Source: a virus
Taxonomy: Duplodnaviria > Heunggongvirae > Uroviricota > Caudoviricetes
IMG/VR virus record: IMGVR_UViG_2617270998_000002
Strand: one strand, 5' to 3'
Length of the DNA stretch: 33,212 nucleotides
Shown piece by piece: positions 27,179 to 33,212 of this stretch (positions are counted from its first letter, which is position 1; each line of letters opens with the position of its first letter). The position numbers were made by a program, and so were the translations under genes. The notes under the pieces were generated by a model. The model worked only from the letters and a program-made list of their open reading frames with translations. It was not told the DNA's origin and did no database searches.

Positions 27179-27505
27179 CTACCCCAGATGAGTAATCCGA
27201 AGTTCATCCATACCACAGGTCCTGGCTATTCTGTTGTACTCCTGAACAAGAGCAAATAATTCTGAATTAGCAACCATGAACTCATCGCAAACCCTCTGTA
27301 TAGCATCACTATTCAGAATAATAACGTCTCTTCCCGAAAGACGATCAGGAGCACAGAACAAAACTGTCAAACGGCTGAAGGCCTTTGCTCGTGCTGCATT
27401 GACTATATCAATACGCTGCCTAAGGATGAAACACCCCGACGCCTCATCAATATTCACTCTACCCACACCATATGAATGATAAATATTTAATGCTGAAAAA
27501 ACCAT
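27179..27505 (-). CDS. Hypothetical protein (moron slot downstream of the tRNAs)
   Basis: Track ORF 27179..27532 starts at TTG; first ATG at 27505 gives a 108-aa product (MVFSALNIYHSYGVGRVNIDEASGCFILRQRIDIV...); no recognisable family; AT-rich. Confidence 0.35.
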   Translation of the reverse strand: MVFSALNIYHSYGVGRVNIDEASGCFILRQRIDIVNAARAKAFSRLTVLFCAPDRLSGRDVIILNSDAIQRVCDEFMVANSELFALVQEYNRIARTCGMDELRITHLG

Positions 27506-27642
27506 TAGACCGTATAACAAACACTCAATCAATACTTAACAGAACTTTTATTTTTGACAAACATATAATATTTTCAACAATATCCTGAGCCAGGTATATT
27601 CCAGTATAAGGCTCTGCCGGAAGGAATCTGGAAGAATGAATA

Positions 27643-27719
27643 TGGCGCGCTGTACTGGATTCGAACCAGTGACCGATTGCTTAGAAGGCAATTGCTCTGT
27701 CCGGCTGAGCTAACAACGC
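27643..27719 (-). tRNA. tRNA-Arg (anticodon UCU)
   Basis: Minus strand GCGTTGTTAGCTCAGCCGGACAGAGCAATTGCCTTCTAAGCAATCGGTCACTGGTTCGAATCCAGTACAGCGCGCCA; anticodon loop CTTCTAA; T-loop GGTTCGAATCC; encoded CCA; resembles argU. Confidence 0.85.
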
Positions 27720-27752
27720 TGAATACCGATAATGGACCGCCATCGGGGACCC

Positions 27753-27762
27753 GCCCCCCCCC
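27753..27762. repeat. Homopolymeric C10 (G10 on the minus strand) tract between the two tRNA genes
   Basis: Plus strand ...ggggacccgCCCCCCCCCCgcacc...; ten consecutive C. Confidence 0.9.
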
Positions 27763-27824
27763 CGCACCAACAACCCTGTTATCGTGTCGTCTGCTCTTCC
27801 TGATAAGCTCATGGCGGTTTGTGA

Positions 27825-27900
27825 TGGTGGCCCTTGCTGGATTTGAACCAGCGACCTGGCGATTATGAGTCGCTCGCTCTCACCACTGAGCTAAAGGACC
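27825..27900 (-). tRNA. tRNA with CAU anticodon, Ile2 (lysidine) type, ileX/ileZ-like
   Basis: Minus strand GGTCCTTTAGCTCAGTGGTGAGAGCGAGCGACTCATAATCGCCAGGTCGCTGGTTCAAATCCAGCAAGGGCCACCA; anticodon loop CTCATAA; very similar to E. coli ileX as recalled; encoded CCA. Confidence 0.8.
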
Positions 27901-27938
27901 GGGGGCAGAATAATAACGGTCCGTAATTAATTCCGCAA

Positions 27939-27961
27939 TAAAAAACCCGCTCGGTGGCGGG
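27939..27961 (-). terminator. tR'-like intrinsic terminator downstream of the late promoter
   Basis: Minus strand CCCGC-caccga-GCGGG followed by TTTTTTAT, about 45-65 nt downstream of the candidate PR' -10. Confidence 0.55.
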
Positions 27962-28010
27962 TTGTAGAAACTCTTCTAACGTCAGGCATAAAACGCCCAT
28001 CGTTATGACG

Positions 28011-28038
28011 AATTTACCACAGATTCCGGAAAAATCAA
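28011..28038 (-). promoter_or_regulatory. PR'-like late promoter (Q-dependent antitermination site expected here)
   Basis: Minus strand TTGATT (-35, complement of 28033-28038), 16-nt spacer, TAAATT (-10, complement of 28011-28016), immediately 3' of the Q-like gene stop. Confidence 0.45.
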
Positions 28039-28043
28039 CCTTG

Positions 28044-28865
28044 TTACCTAGTTACCTTTTTTAACTGCCGCTCAGCCCATGCTTCTTCAATATCAAACCG
28101 GGTCACCAGCGCATCATAGAATTTCTTAACTGTTTTTTCCCATGACGCGCGTGTTATCTGGTTTGTCACCTCGCATATAGCATTAAATGCCTCCGTTGAT
28201 GGTAGTCTTTCATAGCCACGACCACCACAACGCTGGCAGTCTCTGATAACAGGCATACCACGTTTTACCGACTCTTCACGGTGAATGGCGACACCACGCC
28301 CACGGCAATCCTTACAGGCGGTGGAAACCTCACCCTTTCCGCCACACTCCGGACAGGCAACTTTTACCACCTCCCTGACTTTTTTCCATTCTTCCCAGTA
28401 AGACGGATACACACCTTTCGTACACTTTGCCCATACCGGCGGCTTACCATCCGGATACTGGACCTTGTTTGTAAAAACTACGCTTTCAATAAATTTTTCC
28501 CCATAGCAACAAGGGCACTGCTTTTTACTCGCTGCGCTGCGGGCATAATCCTCAAAAGCGTACGAAGCCATAATGCGCATCACTACCGGTTTTATTTCTG
28601 CCGGAAGTTTTCTCAACGCCACCACACGATCGCACCGACTGAGTGCATAATCTGCCAGTAATTCTGTTGCCCGCGCCCTGTCATTCATACTGATGCCCAT
28701 TTTCCCCAGGAACGCAGAAAACCCCATCTCAGCCCGATTCTGTGTCATGCCCTGCGCGGCCATCACATCAGTGATACTCAGCGCATCTTTTGACGTTGAG
28801 GCCGATGCATCGGTCAGGCAAGGGGATTTTGGGGAGTAGTATTTCGGTAAATCTTCCAGTTTCAT
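28044..28865 (-). CDS. Putative late-gene antiterminator Q (Q82/QuuQ-like, Zn-binding)
   Basis: 273-aa ORF with several CxxC motifs (CPCCYGEKF, CPECGGKG...CKDCRGRG, CQRCGGRG); lies after rusA and immediately before the PR'/tR'-like elements, tRNAs and lysis genes. Family assignment by position and motifs only. Confidence 0.55.
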   Translation of the reverse strand: MKLEDLPKYYSPKSPCLTDASASTSKDALSITDVMAAQGMTQNRAEMGFSAFLGKMGISMNDRARATELLADYALSRCDRVVALRKLPAEIKPVVMRIMASYAFEDYARSAASKKQCPCCYGEKFIESVVFTNKVQYPDGKPPVWAKCTKGVYPSYWEEWKKVREVVKVACPECGGKGEVSTACKDCRGRGVAIHREESVKRGMPVIRDCQRCGGRGYERLPSTEAFNAICEVTNQITRASWEKTVKKFYDALVTRFDIEEAWAERQLKKVTR

Positions 28866-29239
28866 TTTTTGACCTGCTCTTCATGCATTATGGGGTAAAT
28901 CTTCACCCCCAGACGTCCACCAGATACTGGCTGACCACGAACGATATTGATTTCATCAAACTGCTCATCGTCCATTAACACTCCCGCATGCGTCAGCGCA
29001 TCCAGCGGTGCTTTCAGGATATTGTCCAGGTCGCGACGACGCTTATCCGGTGGCTCTGCAATCACCTTTATCGCCAGCCTTCCGGACAGGCTTAATTTCA
29101 GCCGCTGCTGGCGAACAATAAGCGCCACAGCCCGGCGATAACGCTTTCCCTCCTCCGAGATAAAATATGTGCTGCCACGGCGTCGCCAGTAAGTGTTCAC
29201 CGTCGGCGGGTAAGGTAAAACCAAATCTATGAGCATCAC
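28862..29239 (-). CDS. rusA: Holliday junction resolvase RusA
   Basis: 125-aa ORF MMLIDLVLPYPPTVNTYWRRRG...PDKRRRDLDNILKAPLDALTHAGVLMDDEQ; RusA-like conserved Asp cluster; overlaps the Q start by 4 nt. Confidence 0.85.
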   Translation of the reverse strand: MMLIDLVLPYPPTVNTYWRRRGSTYFISEEGKRYRRAVALIVRQQRLKLSLSGRLAIKVIAEPPDKRRRDLDNILKAPLDALTHAGVLMDDEQFDEINIVRGQPVSGGRLGVKIYPIMHEEQVKK

Positions 29240-29248
29240 TCACCTCTT

Positions 29249-30298
29249 TTACCCAAGCACGCCAGTTGCAAAGGCGTGATCAAGAAAACGAAAAATTAAA
29301 TCAACCTGAGAACCATGCTTTTCTTCGAACGCCAGAGGATCCGCATGAAGCTCGTTGTGATGCTCCCGACACAGCGGTAGCGTGAAAATATCGTGAGATT
29401 TTGTCCCCATTCCGCCCTGACCATGACCAATCAGGTGATGGGGATCGTCGGCTGGCTTACCACAACACGCACACGGCTGTGTCTTCACCCAGCGTGTGTA
29501 TTTCTCGTTAACCCAGCGGCGACGTTTAGGTCGTTTCATGAAAGATTCCGGAGACTCAGGATCAACGGCAATGCTGACCACCGTCTTTTCCTGTGGTGGG
29601 TTCTGTTGCTGGTGGGCGTGAGGCAGCGGCGCAAGATTTTTTGTGCGCTGTTTCAGTATGCTGGTGGCGGTCTGCTCTCCCGGTACGATGTCGCTTTCAC
29701 GGTACATTGAGCGGATTTTTTCCGCACGCAACCCCAGCGAACGACGTAATACCGCTTCCGGTAGCGCGTCCGCCACCTGATTGCGGACCGCCCACCAGGA
29801 TAATTCAGCCAGAGATAATTCACGCTCCTGCGTACCGCTTATTGCGTGACCGATGACGTCAATCATCCATGCTGACAGATTTTGATGAGCAAGTTGCTCG
29901 AGTGATTCGGATGTCTGGTCACGCAGCTGGTTGTCGCAGTGCCAGCACAACACCATTGCGCCGGTACCATAACGGTGAATAACGGTTTCGCTGTGATGAT
30001 AATCGCCGTGTGGCCACTGGCAGGATTTAATATGGCGCAACAGCCAGTCAGACAATGCACCAGCACCACCAGCAGCACGAATTACCCGTGCGTTACTGAA
30101 AAACGGCAGCAATGTTTTGTCTTCCACCAGCGGCTGGCGAACGGCAGGAACGACCCCGGACGGCAGATTACGCATGCTTTTCGGTTCCGGCTCCACCAGT
30201 ACCCGGGTATTGTGGAATACCGGCATGGATTCACGGCCCGGCTTAACGACCACCAGCCCGAGTTCCGGTACCAGAACAGGTCGAAGTAATACCCGCAC
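29249..30298 (-). CDS. YdfU-like phage protein (DUF968-type) with C-terminal HNH-like Cys/His cluster
   Basis: 349-aa ORF (same length as Qin YdfU as recalled); C-terminal CACCGKPADDPHHLIGHG...LCREHHNELH; nin-region position. Confidence 0.55.
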   Translation of the reverse strand: MRVLLRPVLVPELGLVVVKPGRESMPVFHNTRVLVEPEPKSMRNLPSGVVPAVRQPLVEDKTLLPFFSNARVIRAAGGAGALSDWLLRHIKSCQWPHGDYHHSETVIHRYGTGAMVLCWHCDNQLRDQTSESLEQLAHQNLSAWMIDVIGHAISGTQERELSLAELSWWAVRNQVADALPEAVLRRSLGLRAEKIRSMYRESDIVPGEQTATSILKQRTKNLAPLPHAHQQQNPPQEKTVVSIAVDPESPESFMKRPKRRRWVNEKYTRWVKTQPCACCGKPADDPHHLIGHGQGGMGTKSHDIFTLPLCREHHNELHADPLAFEEKHGSQVDLIFRFLDHAFATGVLG

Positions 30299-30299
30299 G

Positions 30300-30578
30300 T
30301 TACCTCCAGAGGCGTTGCTGGAATGTACGGGACGGACGCGGTGGGCGTTCGGAGTAAGGCAATCTGACTGAGATTATCCAGTGACGGTAGTCGAGGCTAA
30401 GGGCTTTTTTAACCTCGTATCCGCGCCTGCGGTAACACTGAATTATCCATTCAGCCTGCTCTTCAGTGCATGGAGGGTGTTGGAACCATTCAGACTTGAA
30501 TGCGTGAGAATACCGCTCGTGCGTGCAGACAAGAACGGGCGAATTATCAGAATTGTAATATTTTACGTTGCGTGCCAT
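30300..30578 (-). CDS. Hypothetical phage protein (nin region)
   Basis: 92-aa ORF abutting the DUF968 gene; no family recognised by eye. Confidence 0.4.
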   Translation of the reverse strand: MARNVKYYNSDNSPVLVCTHERYSHAFKSEWFQHPPCTEEQAEWIIQCYRRRGYEVKKALSLDYRHWIISVRLPYSERPPRPSRTFQQRLWR

Positions 30579-30644
30579 CGGTTTTCTCCGGTGGCACGGT
30601 GTTACTCAGCGGGAGTTCAGCCCCGCGCAAGATTGTAGATGAGT

Positions 30645-30896
30645 TTATTCTTCTGCAAAAGCTGAAAAGCCTGCTTTTATTCCGATCTCTTTCAGTGCCT
30701 GTAATGAAGTGACAAACTCACCTTCGCGCAAGATAAATCCGTCTGTCACTCGACCATCCACAAAATTAATTAACGCAGCCCCATTCTTTCGCAAACACAT
30801 AATGCGGTAATGACTAACAAGATTTCCATTTTCAACGCACACAGCATAGAGGCCATCTTCACAAAAAATTTTACGCAGTTCTTCGATGTTCATCAT
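30645..30896 (-). CDS. Hypothetical protein (Rem-like position between ydfU-like gene and hok)
   Basis: 83-aa ORF MMNIEELRKIFCEDGLYAVCVENGNLVSHYRIM...; Qin carries the 83-aa rem between ydfU and hokD; identity not verified. Confidence 0.4.
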   Translation of the reverse strand: MMNIEELRKIFCEDGLYAVCVENGNLVSHYRIMCLRKNGAALINFVDGRVTDGFILREGEFVTSLQALKEIGIKAGFSAFAEE

Positions 30897-31010
30897 CAGA
30901 ATTCTTCCGGATAATTAGCTCTCCCCTTTAAGGGACCATCCCTCTTATCCCTGCGCGCTACTTAAGTATTTTTGATTCTATTCCGGCACCGTCCAGAACT
31001 TCAAACGCGT

Positions 31011-31041
31011 TGAAAATAAAAACAAAAACCCGCCGAAGCGG
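31011..31041 (-). terminator. Intrinsic terminator 3' of hok
   Basis: Minus strand CCCGC-ttcg-GCGGG followed by TTTTTGTTTTTATTTT; a 9-bp perfect stem GGCGAGGGA-gaaa-TCCCTCGCC lies immediately after the hok stop (31083-31104). Confidence 0.6.
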
Positions 31042-31112
31042 GTTAAGTGCGGGTGCGTTGAGGATGCCTGCCACATCAGAGGTGGCGAGGGATTTCTCCC
31101 TCGCCGGGTCTC

Positions 31113-31268
31113 TTACTCCTCAGGTTCGTAAGCTGTGAAGACAGCGACCTCCGTCTGGCCGGTTCGGATTCGTACCTCGCAGAGGTCTTTCCTCGTTACC
31201 AGTGCCGTCACTATGACGGTTAAACAGATGACGATCAGGGCGATTAACATCGCCTTTTGCTGCTTCAT
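31113..31268 (-). CDS. hokD: Hok/Gef-family type I toxin (HokD/RelF-like)
   Basis: MKQQKAMLIALIVICLTVIVTALVTRKDLCEVRIRTGQTEVAVFTAYEPEE (51 aa), which I recognise as HokD; AAGGAG ribosome binding site; the track ORF extends 19 codons upstream in frame (31325). Confidence 0.8.
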   Translation of the reverse strand: MKQQKAMLIALIVICLTVIVTALVTRKDLCEVRIRTGQTEVAVFTAYEPEE

Positions 31269-31450
31269 AGCCTGCTTCTCCTTGCCTTTCGGCACGTAAG
31301 AGGCTAACCTACATGTGTCTAGCATGAAATTGGCCTCAGATTAATGTTAAGCGTCTTGCAGGACGCGTAATGTTAACTGGGGCTTTTCTCTATCTGCCGT
31401 TGGTGTTCATGCCCGAGGCAGATAGCCTCAAGCACCCGCAGCAATTTTAC

Positions 31451-31558
31451 TTAACTCCCTCTACCTCGCCAATCAGAAAATCGCTCCATGAAAGCAACAA
31501 CAAGACAATAAATTACCAGCACAGCCACAATAGCCAACACACACGTCAGAGCCAACAC
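31451..31558 (-). CDS. Candidate small hydrophobic peptide (35 aa), not in ORF track
   Basis: GTG start 5 nt after AGGAGG; own translation (M)LALTCVLAIVAVLVIYCLVVAFMERFSDWRGRGS: one TM helix plus short basic tail, like small membrane toxins; lies between the SIR2-like gene and hok. Confidence 0.3.
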   Translation of the reverse strand: MLALTCVLAIVAVLVIYCLVVAFMERFSDWRGRGS

Positions 31559-31728
31559 GATAACCTCCTGTATTGGACGTATACCAATACTGATAAATAT
31601 GAGACTGCCTCTTCAATGATTCAATACAACTATTGGGTGTTCATCTAAAGAATGAAATGAAGGTAAAGTGTATATTTCAGCTCAGCGAAGTTAGAACCGT
31701 ATACTCTCGATACTAACTTCGCATTGTG

Positions 31729-32760
31729 CTACCAATTGATGAAGTCAGTGATGTTATCCAACCTGGTTACAGTAACTTCCCGTCCTAACAAATATTGCCA
31801 GTATGCCTCACGGTCATTTTGTTCACCTGCACCGCTCCACTCAATTACTCTTAAATGCTTAGAGGTTAGGTAAGGCCGAATAAGCAGGTTAAGGTGTTCA
31901 TCGAGGCCAGAATAACCAAACAGTATTATTTCTTCTGATTCAAATAATGCAAACTGCAAATAATCCCAGTACGTAGAAAGAACATTAGATGCTGCTATAA
32001 CTGACGGTTTCCTTTTTATATGCGTTAACACTATATGTTCGCTAGGCTCATCCCTGTCAACCGTAAGTTGAGAACGTGAAAGTTTTAAGACGGTCTCACC
32101 CTGATTAACAAATAGTGGTGAGCCATGCAAATGCAAATAATAACCAAACCTACGATTATATTTCCGTTCGAGCGCTTCGGCGGAAAATCCGTGGCCTAAC
32201 ATCCCATCAACCAGATACCCATCATACCCGCTGAATATATCATTATCTATGAATGAGTTGTATAATAATTTGTCATAGTTTAATGTCGCAATATGAGTGC
32301 GTGTATTTTTTACAAATTCCACTAGCGCATTTTCGAATCTTTGCGGCAACCCTTCACCGTAATTATGCAAACTAGTTGCAACTTTGTGGATATAAGTGGC
32401 GGTGATTTCGGGGAAGTTTAGTCCATCGTCAGTAAGCCAATGCTCGTTTCCTTCTCCAATTTGCGCAAGAGCCTTACAATATGTGATAGCTTGGTGAAGG
32501 GTATCCAACTCATGTTCCCCTGCCGGTGGACCTTGCCGCTGAAGACAACGTTCGATAAGTTGCTTATGGACATCGTTTAAGAAATTGGATCGATGCCAAA
32601 TTTCTGCCAACGCCCTGTCTAAGGAAAAATGAGCAGGATCTAAAGCCATACCAAGACCGTTGCCGAATATTATTAATTTTCGTGCCATATAGGAGGACTC
32701 ATGTTGGAATAATCTTGAGTAGCGTAACGCGATACGCCGCAGTTTGGAAGTAATATACAT
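31729..32760 (-). CDS. SIR2-like (sirtuin-fold, DHS-like NAD-binding) protein; candidate defence NADase
   Basis: Ordered motifs by eye: N-terminal Gly-rich KLIIFGNGLGMAL, TLNYDKLL (sirtuin TQNID/TTNYD-like), YYLHLHGSP (catalytic His context), C-terminal ILFGYSGLDEHL; AT-rich; alternative start at ATG 32688 (MARKLIIFG...). Confidence 0.6.
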   Translation of the reverse strand: MYITSKLRRIALRYSRLFQHESSYMARKLIIFGNGLGMALDPAHFSLDRALAEIWHRSNFLNDVHKQLIERCLQRQGPPAGEHELDTLHQAITYCKALAQIGEGNEHWLTDDGLNFPEITATYIHKVATSLHNYGEGLPQRFENALVEFVKNTRTHIATLNYDKLLYNSFIDNDIFSGYDGYLVDGMLGHGFSAEALERKYNRRFGYYLHLHGSPLFVNQGETVLKLSRSQLTVDRDEPSEHIVLTHIKRKPSVIAASNVLSTYWDYLQFALFESEEIILFGYSGLDEHLNLLIRPYLTSKHLRVIEWSGAGEQNDREAYWQYLLGREVTVTRLDNITDFINW

Positions 32761-32933
32761 TCCGTTTGATTACACTCGATATTACAGACTTGCATGCAAA
32801 GAAATCCAAGCTGTTAGGTAAATAGAGACCGCAGAGGAAAGTGATATAGTCTATAAAAACCAACGAATAGCGGCATGTCTTCTGCGACCTCCATTTACCC
32901 AAATAGCGCTTATCTAGTAAAATTCAATGATGT

Positions 32934-33212
32934 TGGATTTGCCCCTATATTTCCAGACACCTGTTATCACTTAACCCATTACTGGCTTGCTGCCGTAGAT
33001 ATTCCCGTGGCGAGCGATAACCCAGTGCACTATGCGGATGCCATTCGTTATAATGCTCGAACGCCTCTGCAAGGTTCTTTGCTGCCGTTAACCCGTCTGG
33101 TTTGGGCATGACACTGATGTAGTCACGCTTTATCGTTTTCACGAAGCTCTCTGCTATGCCGTTACTCTCCGGACTCCGCACCGCCGTGCTCTTCGGTTCA
33201 AGCCCCAACATC
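32934..33212 (-). mobile_element. IS2 (IS3 family), right-end 279 bp; element continues beyond the window
   Basis: Plus strand from 32934 (TGGATTTGCCCCTATATTTCCAGACACCTGTTATCACTTAACCC...) is the reverse complement of the IS2 right terminus as I recall it; the InsD C-terminus is encoded on the minus strand. Confidence 0.85.
32945..33212 (-). CDS. insD: IS2 transposase OrfB (InsD), C-terminal part (truncated by window end)
   Basis: ORF ...[87 protein letters not shown], the IS3-family integrase-core C-terminus. Confidence 0.85.
   Translation of the reverse strand, partial: MLGLEPKSTAVRSPESNGIAESFVKTIKRDYISVMPKPDGLTAAKNLAEAFEHYNEWHPHSALGYRSPREYLRQQASNGLSDNRCLEI

Noticed and set aside
27720-27824. 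Possible third tRNA (argN-like) between the two tRNAs
   Set aside because: No T-loop (GGTTCGAATCC-like) or acceptor/CCA structure could be found by eye on either strand; only the C10 tract and short palindromes.
31269-31325. 19-codon in-frame N-terminal extension of hok in the track ORF (MLDTCRLASYVPKGKEKQA-)
   Set aside because: The canonical Hok start (MKQQKAML) has a good AAGGAG ribosome binding site and the extension carries it within its coding sequence; more likely leader than coding.
31326-31728. relE/relB antitoxin-toxin genes upstream of hokD, and plus-strand ORF 31370..31648
   Set aside because: No minus-strand ORF of RelE/RelB size exists here. The plus-strand 92-aa ORF has odd His/Gln/Ser/Asn-rich composition, no ribosome binding site, and is antisense to the better-supported 35-aa peptide ORF.
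1-33212. CRISPR arrays, integrase/attachment sites, rRNA
   Set aside because: No spaced direct-repeat arrays, no tyrosine-recombinase-like ORF and no rRNA-like sequence were seen; the prophage ends appear to lie outside this window.

Overview
The window is one contiguous stretch of a lambdoid (lambda-like, E. coli-type) prophage, with the late operon on the minus strand and the cos site inside the window. All homology calls are from reading the ORF translations and motifs by eye and from memory of reference proteins; no searches were run. From high to low coordinates: the right end of an IS2 copy; an AT-rich accessory block with a SIR2-like gene, a 35-aa hydrophobic peptide ORF and a HokD-type toxin; a Qin/DLP12-like nin region (DUF968/YdfU-like, RusA) and a Q-like antiterminator followed by a PR'-like promoter and tR'-like terminator; tRNA-Ile(CAU) and tRNA-Arg(UCU) separated by a C10 homopolymer; a moron slot (where Stx phages carry stxAB) holding a hypothetical ORF and two tandem lipoproteins whose C-termini resemble TolA domain III; a P21-type lysis cassette (dual-start pinholin, DUF1327-like insert, SAR endolysin, Rz with embedded Rz1); YbcV/YbcW-like genes in the bor-equivalent position; a candidate cosN/cosB; terminase small and large subunits, gpW, portal, a protease-capsid fusion and head completion genes; and a lambda-type tail module Z-U-V-G/GT-H-M-L-K-I-J, then lom and a side tail fiber gene (stf) that runs off the window start. 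The strongest candidates for something undescribed are the TolA-domain-III lipoprotein pair and the SIR2-like gene beside hok and IS2.
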